Part shown: positions 1-13,567 of the stretch, piece after piece | Position numbering within the stretch: the first letter of the stretch is position 1 | Layout: every line of letters starts with the position of its first letter | Origin: Azolla caroliniana | Taxonomy: Eukaryota; Plantae; Polypodiophyta | NCBI GenBank assembly: GCA_043228905.1 | Contig: JBHGNT010000002.1 | Coordinates: forward strand, 25,978,001 to 26,042,000 | Direction: 5' to 3' | Length of the DNA stretch: 64,000 bases | The notes under the pieces: model-generated | What the model was told of the DNA's origin: nothing | Seen by the model: the letters and a program-made list of their open reading frames with translations, nothing else | Databases searched by the model: none | Position numbers and translations under genes: made by a program

Positions 1-360
1 ATGCTTGTGCTTCAATATGCTACACAAAGCAATGCCATTTTTTGCAAATCCATAAATATAGTCATTGTCAAAGTATATATAGTATAGCTGCTTTTGATGA
101 AGGAAAGACAATTTTAAGTGTTAAACCCAAATCACTTATTTTTAATATCTATAATATTTGCATTTCTCACCTCTCTTGGTCTCATAAATAAATAAATAAA
201 TAAACATATGCATATACATTGCTATATTAACTACTTGGGACAGACAATGTTTAAGCTTCTAAATTCAAACAATGTTTTTTTAATAGCTTCATATATTTTT
301 CATCTCGCTCTTAATAAAATTGAATTGGATGAATGTTCTAATTATGCTTCGTGATGGCAG

Positions 361-3300
361 GTTGAGACTTTACTTGATAGGGATGACTTCACACTTGAAG
401 AGCTTTTGGATGAGGACGAACTTATCCAAGAGTGTAAATCGCTAAATAACCGATTGATAAATTTGTAAGAATTTGGTATAGAGCAGTAGTATTTAGGAGT
501 CGTTGTTCTGAGAAGATGCTCAGGGTCATCTCTTGACATTTTGCAGTCTTAGAGGGAAATCACAGGTTCAGCAGCTTCTGAAGTATGTTATCGAAGAACC
601 ACCAGAGGGAGCTGATAATAAAAGGGTTTTCAAGTAAGTGACATGTGTTAATTGAATATTTTCAACTGAAGCGAGGGTGTAACCCAGATTTCTAAATGTG
701 GAAGAAAATGGTGATCTTTGCAGGTTTCCTTTCATTTCTTGTGAAATCTTCACTTGCGAAATCGAGATAATAATGAAAACATTGGTAGAAGATGAAGAGG
801 TAATTTTGTATTGTACCGCATGTCTTGTTTCCATTCATCTACTGTATAGAAACAGCAATGCAGAGTCTGCATTTATTATGATAATGAACACAAAACTTTT
901 AAATGTCTCGGTTATTATGACATGCCCTGTTTTTAGCTGTTCATCAATTTTACCCTCCATATGCTCTTTAAGACTCTCGTCATTGAAACTGAAAACTCGT
1001 CTAGAGGCTATTTTGAGAACTAACAGAGGCTCACCATGTCTGTTCTTTTATTGCTTATTTATAGATAAGAAGAATGGATCCAAAAATGCAATATCTATGC
1101 AAAATAAGCTTAGAGTAACAGTCATCCTTTCTTTGAAATTGAATTCAAATTGTTTTCTAGAATTTGTTAGTATTTCACCAACTGTGGTAGACAAATCTTT
1201 CCAGGAAAACGCAAAATGTCATTGTCCCAAGTAATTATGTTATAGATGTTTTATGATTAACATTTTTGGCTGGCCAATATAATTTCATATTTCATGCACT
1301 TTGCTTTACTTGAAATGGAAGAACAGCATTTATTTGAAATTGAACTTTAATTTTGCTGGCATATAATGTATCTACTGCATATCTCTCATCGTCTGTTTTA
1401 GTCTGACTATGTGGGCGAATTCACATGGTTGAGAAGCTCTATGGAAATATTTCTCACTAAGTGTAGGTTTGCCTTTTTTTTGCAGTTGATGTGCTTGCTG
1501 TTTTCGTTTGTAAATCCAGATCGACCACATGGCACTTTATTAGCTGGGTATTTCAGCAAGGTACATGTACATTTTATTTCATCAAGGACATGTCCTTTTA
1601 TCCTTGTTGTTGCACTGCAAGTGTTTAAACATTATTATGAACCTAACACAGGTAGTGATCTGTCTTCTAATGAGAAAGCCAGTAGCGGTGTTGCGGTATT
1701 TACAGGTATATACACACGTTGATAATAACCTCAACTTGCATATGAGCATATGTATAAAGAAGTGATTAAGGTTTTTATCCATATTTCTGAGAAATATTTT
1801 CTTACTTTGCATATGTTCAGATACATTTATAGCTAGGTTTAATTATCACATTATGCTGTGGATGAGTATACTGTGTCACAATAAATATAACATTCTGATA
1901 ATCTTCTTTACAGAACATTTCAGCTTGAGTCCTCTGTTTCTATTCCCTCTTAGATAATAGATATGCAGTGCTTTACATGGGAGTCCTCACTGTTAATTCT
2001 CATTCTTCGCCACTCTAGCACGTTTGTGCTGTAAATCTGATTTATTTGATCTTATGTATGGTGGAGATGGTATTACCGATTGACATAAAAAGTGATAATT
2101 TAACTTGCAGCTTCTCTGTGCTTGTGTTAGTTTAATCATGCTTTGTTCAGTATCCACCATTCTTCATGTAATATTATAAATTGCTTTTATATTGACGTTT
2201 TCCTTTAAATCTTTTTTTGATAAATCTATTTTGTCTCATTGGTGAGTTTATCCTTGTCACAGGCACACCAAGAAATTGTTAAGCAGCTGGTCGAATTGAT
2301 TTCCATTACATCTATTATGGAGGTCAAGCTTTTTATTATCATATTTATTCAGTTTGCTACTTATTTAGAACCAGACAGAAAGAGTTAAAATATAATGCTA
2401 CCAGGCTTAAACTATCGTAGATGTTTCGATGGCAGAATCGTAACTGTTATATCGAACAGGAAATCTCTTTACCAGAAACTGCTTGTTATTTTCCAGGTTC
2501 TTATAAGATTGATGGGAGCAGATGAGACAATTCATGCTGTCCATGACGATTCTCTTCATTGGTTAGCAGAAACGGACTTGCTTGAGATGCTTGTAGATAA
2601 ACTTGGTCCTCATGTGAGTTGAAATGCTGTATCTCTACTTCAAAGATTGGGTCCAGTTTGAAATAATCTCTTGAAATTATAGTACCTGACTTTATTCATG
2701 TTCTTTGCTATATCAGAACTCGTCTGAGGCACATGCTAATGCTGCTGATGCTCTTTCAGCAGTCTCTCGCCTATCTCAGTCAGAACTGGCTGCAAAGCTC
2801 TCAAGCCCAAGGTATTTACCTATTCATGATTTGAATTTTTTTGATTATACTAATGAGTGACATTTCAGTATGTGTTTTGGACATGTTCCATTTATTAATA
2901 TTTTATTGCTTTGTAGCTTCATTCAAAGACTATTTCATCAGGCGTTGGAAGCCACTGATTCCCGCTCTACCCTTGTCCATTCACTGACAGTATGTATTTC
3001 TTTGCTTGATCCAAAGAAGTATGTAGTGACTGGAATGGGAAGAGGGCAGCAGATACTAGATTCATTGGTAACTATTAACCCAGAGGTTATTGATGGCATG
3101 CTACAGAGATTAGGTCAGTGTTTTTTAATTTTATTGTTTGGTTAGTATTGATTTATATTATTTATCTTGTGATGTTGGTTTACAATATATGTAAGACTAA
3201 CTAATACACTTGCCACTTAGAATGAAAGCTGGTATGTGAGTAGAGCTTTAAGAGTGTGCTTCTATGTTGCAACGTATTGTTGTTTTTACTCCATGTTTGC

Positions 3301-6300
3301 TCATGTCTGTGCTTTATTCAACTTGGATGAATCTCATGATAACAGGAGACTTGCTTAAGTTGCTTGACGTATCAGTGGATGAGACTGTCTTGCCTACTAC
3401 TTATGGAAAACTACATCCACCCCTTGGTACCAATCGCTTAAAGGTATCCATATGCCTAACTAGTGACTTGACATTTATAAGAATTACAGGTATAAGCATA
3501 GTTTTTCTTATTCTCCTTGGTCATTTTCACAGATAGTAGAGTTCCTAGCTATCCTGCTTCAAACCAACAATGAGGAAGCCAGACAAGAGTTGATAAGATT
3601 GGATGCAATCAAACTCGTTGTCAAATTATTTTTCGAGTAAGTATATTTTGCTCGTGGGTATAACTCTTCTGTATTTCATATTCACTGTTTATAAATTAAT
3701 TTGTGGTTCTGTGCAGTTATCCATTCAATAATCTCCTTCATCACCAAGCGGAAAATATTTTTATATCATGTTTTGAAAGTAATAGCAAGATGCTTAGAGA
3801 CCACCTCTTGCAAGATTGTAATTTTGTTGCAAGGATCTTGGAAGCTGATGAAAATCCATATGTGCTAAACACAGATGGCAAGGTACACAACCAGAAGCCA
3901 TTTACTTATCTTGCTTTTTATTGGAGAAGTTTGTTTCTCTTGGCTCAGTATGCTTGTGTAAACTGTGATTTGGCACATTATTTTTGTTTGTTTGTTACTG
4001 TTATTGTTACAGCCTACAGTACCAGCATCTGGTAGAGCTCCTCCGAAAATAGGAAATCTGGGACATCTAACAAGACTAGCAAATCGGCTAATACAAGCTG
4101 CAAATAATAACCCGGACATAAAGGATCACCTGGAGGTTCCTTGAAATTGATTGTCTTTTGTTTCCTATTCATTGGTCATGCATATAAGGCTTGCAATTTG
4201 GTCAGAAGCTTCTCCATTGCTCTTTTAATAGGTATCATTAATGGTGCTGACTTTTTGAATGATTTCAGGGAAATTCCAAATGGGTTGAATGGCAAGCCAA
4301 TGTTTTGCAAAATCGGAATTCAATTGAAAATGTCTCTTACTGGGCATGCGGGTAAGCAGTTTTTATGCGTGTCTGAAGTCATCAGCAGAAAATTATTTAT
4401 TTTTAAATTTAATTGAAGTAAGCCTTGTAGATAGTGTATGCAATTTGTAGCTCCAAACTTTGATTTGATGGAGCTCAGTATATGTGAGCTATATTATAAT
4501 GCATATATATCAACTTACTGAAATGCGAAACCAATAAGGGTATTTTAAAAGCTGTTGGAGTGCACACATAATTGATTCTCTGGATTCAATTGGAACTGCG
4601 AAGAGTTTATCTCTGGTTTTAATTTGTTTGCATGATAGATGATCTAAAACATGCATGATAGATGATCTTCTTTAAGGACATCCATAGGCCCATACATGAG
4701 CTAGCATTATAATATATATTCTGGGAGTAATATGGTGTCAATAATGAACAGTCATACGACATGCCATACCATTTCCATTTCTTAGTATATCAGTAGCCAA
4801 TGGCAATAATGTATGAGCAAAACACATGCCTCTCAGAAGGCATAAATATTTGGCACACTTGGCTCAGCCCAGAGCACAATGCATCAGACCATATTGTCAA
4901 CCTCAGGTGACAAAAAGGGGATGTAGCAGTTGTAACGTGCATCTTGATTCTGCAATATAATCTTGATTTTGTATGGTGCTGGGAAATCTTCTACTCACAT
5001 ATGCCATAGCATTTCCATTTCTTAGCACACCTGTAGATAATGGTAATAATGTATGAGAAAAACACCCATGACTCTGAAAATGGGATAACCTAGGTGTATA
5101 AGTTTGGGTGTAAATTTTTGGCACAATTGTTTCAGTTCTGAGCACAATTCGTCAGACCATATCCTCAACCTCAGGTGAGGAAAGGAGAATGTAGGGTTGT
5201 AATGTGCATCTTTATTCTGCAATATAATCTTGATTTTGTGTGGATGCTGGGGAATCTTCTACTAGCAGACCTGGACTAAATATGGGAAATTATTCTGGTA
5301 CTTATAAAAAGTAGTGTGTGGAACTGAATCAGCTTCTTGTGCTCTTTGGATTGTAATTATTGAATATTGGGAATTATCAGAAAACAGCTATTGCCTTTGA
5401 TCAATACATTGTGTTCTTTCATGCTACAGTCCAATTGTATGCTACATTTTCACTATAGAATAGTATATATACTTGATTTTGTGAATAGTATATGCTGGTA
5501 GCATTGAGCCTTTAAATACGCACTCATACTCCCGTTTACATTTCTTCATTTCCCTAGTTAAAGTGTGATTCAAGCATCTTCACCTACAAAGATGCTGGAT
5601 GCTGGTAACATTGAGCCTTTAAATACACAGTCGTATTTAAGGTGTAGGATCTGGTGACAAGTGATTTTTCTGATTTGATTTCTCTAATGATTTCAAATTT
5701 TAAATCTAAAAAATATTCATGTATCATACAACTTTGGCCAAACCCCTAAACAATGGTACTTTCTTGCTATAGCCGTCCAAGTACTGTGAGAGACCGGGCT
5801 GGCGACAGTGATGATGATGATTTTAAAGATAGAGATTATGATATACATACAATGGCGTCCAATCTCACACATGAAGTTTTTAGATACGGAATGTTTGACA
5901 ATGAAGATGGTGACGAGGTAAATGAGTAATACAAACTGTTGGCACCTTGATAATCTGCTAATTATTTACCCATTTATTTTTGCAGGGTGTTGGTATAACT
6001 GAAAGAGATGAAGATGTAAGGATCTTGTTTTTTTTTTCACCTCTTTGGGCAGTGAGGCTGCTTGTATTTCTTAAGGAAATTGTGTTATATATGATATTGT
6101 TAACCATGCAGGATGTATTTTTTGATGATGAGTCGGCCGAGGGAGTAATGTCCTCATTGAGGCTTGGAGAAGAGCATGACAGGTTAGTGTTCCTAGTATC
6201 TGATGTAAACTCCTTTTTGACCACTATAAGCATCTTGTTTACCATCTCAAATAACATAATCTGTTTCTCATGGTGTTTGCATGTGTATGTGGAGGGCATT

Positions 6301-7737
6301 CAAATGACTCCATATTTTTGTTTCAGTGGGTGACTAACATACATGTGCTTGGGCATGCGTGCTTGTGTTGATTGATACAGACTACAGTTATGCACTCAAT
6401 GTTTGCATACGCTAAGACCTTTGCAGGCCGCATTTTGAAAAGTCTAGATAGGTCTATATATGAAGGGTCATGTATTAGCTGCTGATTTGGGGAGACAATG
6501 AAGTTGCCTCATATCTCATTCACTAGGATGCATATGGAAACTGTTCAATTAGGTACAACACTCATTTCATGAAATATATTGATTTGGGTTGCGTCATGTG
6601 CAGTTGGCCCCAAATTTTTTATATCCTTCATGTTCAAATGCTAAAATATGAGGTTTCATGAAATAATTTAGACCAGTTTCAAATGTTTCTTGAAGCTTAC
6701 TAATGCCAATGTCTTGCAGGGGTGGGTCGAAAGACAGCTTTTTATCGGGGTCAAACTGGTTTAGTCAGTCTTTTCTAGCACATCGTTTTGAAGAAAACCA
6801 AGGAACTGATGGAACTTCTCCTAATAGCAGTAGTAGTGACGATGATGTAGTTGTGGGAGAAGAAGAAGATGTAGCTGATACAGCAACATCTTCTGATGCG
6901 ACTAGTTCTGAAGCTGGAGTTTTGCAGACAGTGGTCTCATCGGATATGGTGAAACTAAGTGTTTCAGATAAATTACCATTTTTCAATGATGAAAATATGA
7001 ACACAGATTCATATTTATTGAGGCCACTCGATTGGGCGAGTTGGAAAGAGCCTTCCATGTTGGAAGGAACATCCGGAAGGGTGCTGTTTACTGACAATAA
7101 TCCCTTCAAAGATGAGGAATCGAGCTCAGCACTAGTGCCTTTATCTGACGAACCTAGTGAATGTGAAGAGCAATTTAAAGAAGTTGATGGTGCAAGTGTA
7201 GTTCACAATCCAATTATGTGTGATGAGAAGGAAATCGAAGGTCGCGAAGCATCTATTCTACCAAAAAGCAATCGAGTTGAATGTGGTGAAATTCAGGATG
7301 TAGCAAATGCGGAAACTGAGGATGCAACAAACACTGAGATTGAGGATGACGCAAATGCCAAGACTAAGGATGCAACAGATGATGCTGAGACTAAGGACGC
7401 AACAAATGATACCGAGATTAAGGATGGCAGTGATGATGCCCAGATTAAGGATGTGAATAATGATGCTAAGATTAAGGATGTGAACGATGATGCCCAGATT
7501 AAGGATGTGAATAATGATGCTAAGATTAAGGATGTGAACGATGATGCCCAGATTAAGGATGCAACAAACACCCCTCCAGAAGTTGCTGTTGGTGAGGCTG
7601 AGTTGATTCATCAAGTGAAGAATTTATCGAAAAACGAACTCGATCCTCGAGCAAACACTGGAGATCTAGATTTCAACGATGTCAATTACTGGCGTAGCGA
7701 CTACAATTCATCTGTAACTGAAGTAGAATCGTCATGA
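361..7737 (+). CDS. SIT4 phosphatase-associated (SAPS) family protein / PP6 regulatory subunit; multi-exon, first coding exon lies upstream of the window
   Basis: GT-AG bounded exons translate in phase: 361-464 VETLLDRDDFTLEELLDEDELIQECKSLNNRLINF; 547-633; 724-799 FPFISCEIFTCEI; 1486-1560 LLAGYFSK; then VVICLLMRK, LISITSIMEVLIRLMGADE, LPTTYGKLHPPLGTNRLKIVEF, YPFNNLLHH, PKIGNLGHLTRLAN, WACGRPS, DVFFDDESAE. Last exon 6720-7737 ends in FNDVNYWRSD. These match plant SAPS-family motifs. Confidence 0.93.
4757..5265. repeat. Diverged ~240-265-bp tandem duplication inside a SAPS intron
   Basis: Both copies share atgccata..atttccattt..cttag, aataatgtatgag, cagaccatat..tcaacctcaggtga and ttctgcaatataatcttgattttgt..gaatcttctact. 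Confidence 0.85.
7293..7570 (+). repeat. Coding 27-bp (9-aa) tandem repeat in the acidic SAPS tail
   Basis: About 10 units of the type DDAQIKDVN/NDAKIKDVN; 7432-7485 and 7486-7539 are identical 54-mers. Confidence 0.92.
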
Positions 7738-10599
7738 GTAGGAATTCACTAACTCTACGTCAAAGTTCAAACATGCGTGTTTTAACTAGTACTACTTTCT
7801 TATGCTCTTCATTCATCATGGGGCCCTCTTAACGTAATGGACCAGAATCTTGTGAGTGCCCTTTTGTATCATAGTTTCCTCTTTTAATTTTATTCATTTC
7901 TGAGGACATCCCTCACAATGCTTTTATAATGAGGGAGCTGATGTATTAGTCACAGATTTGCACCTCGCAGTTGCAAACAAATTTTCTCCAAAATTTAATT
8001 TTTGCTTTTCCCTTGAGGATGCAAAGCAGGTCAGTGTTTGAATTAGAACTATGGATTCTTGAAGCTGGATCTGGTGACATCTTTGAAAATGTTGGTCATG
8101 TTAATCCCATTGTTTGTGATAATCATTTGGCTTGTAATATTGTCCTAATATAGTGCACACTAAGTTAACAACCAATTGTTGCATACCAATGTTATCAGAG
8201 CATGCAACATGCTGTCCTTTCGAATGTTACCGCTTCAGTTTTTGGTTGTTTCCTATAATGATGGTGCGTTTTCTTATGGTTTGTGTTTGTCTGTAAGGCT
8301 CCTTTGGGCTTTGCTTGGACAATCTACCGAGCATTCCAAGATAAAATTTAAAGATTTCCTTCTTGTCTGAATTGGAGTGCACAGTGAAGATACAATAATT
8401 GAATATCCTTGCATCTAAATATTGACACGCATATCGACTTTTGTTTGATGGTGATGAATATTCCGTTCCATTAGTAAAAAACTGGAATGCTAATGTGGAA
8501 CAGTCTCCATTAGAGTCTATAATAAACTAAAAGCTTGAGCAGATGTAACGATTTTCCTCTTCGATATTGAGGGTAGGGAAATAGTCTTAAAAGTGTCATT
8601 AAAAAAACTAGATTGTCTTCCCTCGTAACCAAATTACACTAGGATTGAAAGTACATGAAAATCCATGCTGCCAAAGAAGATTTTGTTGTTGATCTATAAC
8701 ATGTGTTGATCTGCAGCTACGTATTATCTAAAGATTTAAGCACAGCGTTAGGATTCTTTGGGTAAGCAAAGTTGTTCTAACACACCAAATTTGCAAGGAT
8801 TTGTGTACTGAGCAGAAAGTGAGTTGCCTACCATGAATGAAAATGTCAATAATCTCATCTAGCAAAAACATAAACCCCTTTGAATGCCCAATGTCTTCTA
8901 TTAAAACATTAGTTATTTGGTCCACTAGTTTCATTAATTTATGCCAAACTATGACTACAAGTATATTGAGCCATTAATGTTTTGTAAGTGGCATTGACAC
9001 TGAACTTTATGTGACATAATACTTGAGATTAGAGTGTCGTGATGCTCATTCTGATGTATACTAAAGTTGTCATATCCCTACTATGAATTTCACATGGGAG
9101 GTATTGATTATCTACTAAGTTGAACATGATGTTATTGGTGTGGTATTTTCGTCCATTACATTAGAATTTAGTTTGTGTTGCTTGTAGATCAACTACTAAT
9201 TTGGTCTTCTTTGTTCACAACTATCCAATACCTTAAAAAGGACCATCATATTAGAAAGAATATAAGATAAACATGTTCTCCACTAGAAAGAATATAAGTA
9301 TGTTCACCTTCTTCAATCAACACACGTGGGGGATGCACAATGCACAAACATACACTCTATGAAAGAGCACGTGCTTAGTATATGCACACTCTAGGAAAGA
9401 GCACATGTGCACTATAACAAAGAGAGTGAGCATCTTCAAGCCCTATGATGTGTCTGTGGCGCTCAACTTCTTTGTTGGAGTGAGAATTGTTCATGAAAGT
9501 GGTTAAAATCTTTACATGAGAGGGAGGCCAAATGTGTTGCACTATGTCCCATAAGCATAAAATTGAAAGAGTGTAGGATAGGGCCATTCGTGTTTTGGTA
9601 CTAATGTTCATTCATCTTAATTAACGTTATCCATGGATCATGCATTGTTCCTTCCTCTCATTGTTCAACGTAATGTATTTATATTGATCATAGATTCAGA
9701 GACATCACAAAAGCATGTTGTGCATATTTTAATTTGAAGAAAATGCTTTGGCCACCTTTTAATTTGATGAATGTGTTGCTAAATAATTGTGTGATAGAAT
9801 GAAATGTTACAAGTATGAGTTAATATCTATGTGAAGACACATACAGGCAACTTAGATGACTCCTCCATGAACCTTTTCAACCCTTATACGCTGCTACTAC
9901 AAGTGTTGCTAAAGTTTGTGGACAACATGCACATCAAATGATGAGAAAGGTGGCAAGCTCAGAGGAAAATCGAGGAATGTCGTAAGGACCATGGGGCATA
10001 AACAAAATGATACACAATCCAAGATATACCTAGGCGCCATGGAGAAGTTTACGGTGTTAGAGTCAAGATCTTGGTACCTTCAAGTCAGGATGGATATAGA
10101 GACCTTGAGATGGATGAGAAAGGGACAAGATCAATGGGATAGGAGGACTAACAACTAGTACGAGTTGTGATATATTGGCATGTGCACAACAAGTGTTAGG
10201 AGAAGAAGGTGGGTTACCGAGAGTTGGAGTTGGTTGGGGCCGGGCGTGTTACAAGCTCATGTGCAATAAATTGGTGACAGTCAGTATATATGGATGGGTA
10301 GGCAGGCGGACAACGGACGGAAAATCAATGTATTGTGAATGTCGGACATGAATCGAGAGCTTCGGGTGAGAGGCTCTCTAATAAATGGAAGGATTGAGGA
10401 GAAGCATTCATTTGGGGATGGTGTGAATGGAGGAGGCTCATCATCATCATCATCAGCATGTCCGCCCCGCCCAAGTGTGAAACCGTCCATCCAAAAAGAC
10501 GTTATGTTTGCGTGAATCGTAGAAACAATTTGATTTTTATCTAAATTTTATTTCAAATTTTATTCTTTCTATTTTTTTCAAAACGAAATTCCTGAAATG

Positions 10600-10760
10600 A
10601 AGCGGGCCTGGGCTGATCGCTCGGATTCATCGCCAATTAGGGTTTCCCCCATCGCCTTACTGTCTTTTCTCAGATCGCATTTTCAGGGTTTCTAATCCGT
10701 TTAGCTTATCGGGTTTTAGGGTTCCAGAAGTGCACCTCCTGGTTTAGGGTTTCTTAGCCG
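10600..10760 (+). promoter_or_regulatory. Shugoshin promoter/5'UTR with telo-box-like motifs
   Basis: TAGGGTT(T) at ~10619, ~10717 and ~10745, CAGGGTTT at ~10684, and GGGCCTGGGC at ~10603, all upstream of the ATG at 10965. Confidence 0.55.
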
Positions 10761-10964
10761 CGCGAGTTAAGGCTCCTCTGCTCAGATTCGTCCCAATTGC
10801 CTCCTGCAAGATATCTGTGGTAAATAAGCGTTTCCCCGATCTGACGTTTCTTTCAGAATCACAATTTCTTGTGATTTAGAAATAATTTCAGTGATCTTAA
10901 GGATATCTTCACGGATTTCAGGGGATTAGAAGTTTTCTTCTGCACAGATTGTAGTGTAAGTTTG

Positions 10965-13567
10965 ATGGGGAACGAAAACACTATCCGCAAGGCCCAGAGA
11001 GGTGGAACCAACAGAAAGAAGCTCTCGGAGATCACAAACACTCCATTGCGCTCACACGAGAATTTCGAGGTTTCCATCGAAGCTCAGCTACAAAAGGTAA
11101 TTCGTATTTCTCAAATCGTCAAGGTTTCACCATCTTGATAAACGTGTAATTCTTTCGTTCCAGAGAATATTTCACACTTGCTTTCACTGATTATCTTTAG
11201 ACCACGACAGCTATAATGACTTCGGAGCAGAAAATGTGCAGAATGAGGATGATTTCGAACTAAGTAGAGAATTCTGTCAGACTCTTTTATGAAGTTAACT
11301 TATATAGATATGTAGAACTCTTTCTATCCCAGGGACATTTTTGTGAATACTATCGTCATTTTTGGACTAGAAAACTCTTTCTTTCTATGAGCGTAGCTTA
11401 TATACACTGCCTGGAGGCATAACCAAGGTTATGCTTGTGATATCAAATAGTTTTCCTTTCTTTACGTAAGGATCTATTAGACTACAGAAATCTTTATATT
11501 ACGCAGTATGGCAACTTAATCGATATTTCGGTGTGATCATAATCCAGGATCTAGCTGCCTCGAGAAGACTGCTGCAAGAGAAAGAGTATGAATTTCCATT
11601 CTTTTCTCCATTTCTGCGCGTCTTTCTCTTCGAGTTTTTCTTGTTTCCATTTGTATTTCTGTTAGTTCCTTGAGGACCATTTTAATCTTAAAAATGTACC
11701 AGAGAATTGATTGCGGAAAACAAGCGTTATATGGAGAAACTGTTGATAAAGTACTGCCAAAAGACAAAGCAAAATGATGAAATCATTCTACATAATGCAC
11801 AGCTATTCAAAGTCTGTATCACTCTCATCTATATTTATTTAGTGCAATAAATATCGATGAGAATCTGTATAAAATATTTTGAAACTTACACTTTGCATGC
11901 ATTAACAAGCTACATTGTGATTTTGGTCGTTATTTTTGTTGATGCAGGACCTGATGCAGGCGCGTGATAAAGTAAGTACATATTTTTATGGCTCATATGC
12001 GATAGATATGGTCAATTCTTTTCATTGCATTTTAATCAATCATATGGATTCCTGTTGGTACATTTCAATAAGACTTCCCGGTTCTTATTAATGAATTTCT
12101 TCTGATGCATTCCTGAATATTTTTATCCATAGGTGAAGGTTCTACTGTGAATACTCAAATTTATGATAAATTACCTTCATGAATATACGAGTGATAAAAA
12201 TTTGTCAATCCTTCATAGTTCATTTATAAAAAACAGTTGAATTAAACATGGCTTGCAATGTGTAGCTGAAAGTTCTTCAACACGAGAATACTCAGATGTC
12301 GGCAGTTCACAAGGCCTACAAGCTGGAAATGGAGGTTAGAAAGCTCATAGTTTTCCATTTCTTTTTGCTATTTGAACATAGTTCTGTGATAGTAAATGTT
12401 TTCTTGTGCAAGCATCCCCCAGGATGGTTTGAAGATTCTTTTCTTATAATCAGTTGATTTTGTTTTAGTACTTCTGTTGTTAGTAATCATATGAGATAGG
12501 GTACACTTTCCTAAACAGAAAAAACTTGCTGAGTCCATGGAACAATTAAATCATCACTCAGGTGCACAGTTGCGTACCCAGGGAGACGTATGTGATGTTA
12601 TTTGAAGTGTTTTATATATAAAAAATCTTTTGGATTTGATCTGGTAAATGATATTTATGTCTATTTTTTGTTCCCAAGGTTGCATGTTTTGAAGGATCTC
12701 CTCATAGTGGACCAGATGATATAAAGGGAAACAAAACACTTGGCCCTCTATGTAAGTGATTTGCTTAATCCTGGTATTTAGTTAGATATTGTTGATTTTA
12801 GATCCTTTGAGAAGCACACTGCTATTTGATATCATTCAAACGGTTAGTCTTATCATTTATGCATATGTAGGATTTAGATCCTGTAGAACCACACGATCTC
12901 CATATGGTTCAAGAGATTTGATGTCTTATGTTTTCCAGGCAAGGATTTCTCAGCTGCCACGTGCAACAGCAATGTAAGGAAGAGAGAGAGTAAAAGTAGC
13001 CATCAACAGTCGATGAAAATGAAGATAAGGCCGGCCGAAGGACAATGTGTCAAAACCTCAAAGGAGTTTGTCTCCTCTCAAGATGGAAGTAAAGCAACCA
13101 GATCTGATGGACTGCGAAAACAAAGTGAAAATGTAGTTGGGCATGGTCGTGTTCTCTCAGTATCAGATGCGAAAATGCGTTCAAGAGATAAGATAACATC
13201 TGAAGGTCAAATGGGATCAGAACCTAAATTGATTTCAGAACATGAGACGTTGATTAAACTTAGTTCAAATGGTGACATGAGCTCAGACGATAAAATGATA
13301 ACTAAACTGAGTTCAAATGGTCACATGAGTTCAGAAGATAAACTGATAACTGAACCGAGTTCAGAAGGTAAGATGAGTGTCATAGATGTTCAGCCAATAA
13401 CATTGGGACAAAAAGCTAGAGACGAAACGGAGGAATTATTGCAGAGGTTTGACACACTGAATATTTCAATGAGAAGACAATCTGGAAGGCCCCAAAGGAG
13501 GGCTGTCAGCTCCATTGGTTCATATAGGGAGCCTCCATTGAACATAAAGATGAGAAGACCATTGTAA
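10965..13567 (+). CDS. SGO: Shugoshin (centromeric cohesion protector)
   Basis: Exon 10965-11096 MGNENTIRK..RKKLSEITN (D-box-like). Coiled-coil exons: 11548-11585, 11703-~11811 (QNDEIILHNAQLFK), micro-exon 11948-11971 (DLMQARDK), ~12266-12334 (LKVLQHE). Last exon 12939-13567 ends in the basic SGO motif RRQSGRPQRRAVSSIGSYREPPLNIKMRRP. Confidence 0.9.

Noticed and set aside
698-1234. 178-aa ORF
   Set aside because: Only 724-799 is a SAPS exon, and the rest is intron read-through.
3444-3532. SAPS intron starting GTATCCAT, a possible U12-type intron
   Set aside because: It misses the GTATCCTT consensus and has no clear TCCTTAAC branch site.
9900-10255. Possible LTR end (..GGGCGTGTTACA at ~10241-10252)
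   Set aside because: No partner LTR, TSD, PBS or PPT could be found.
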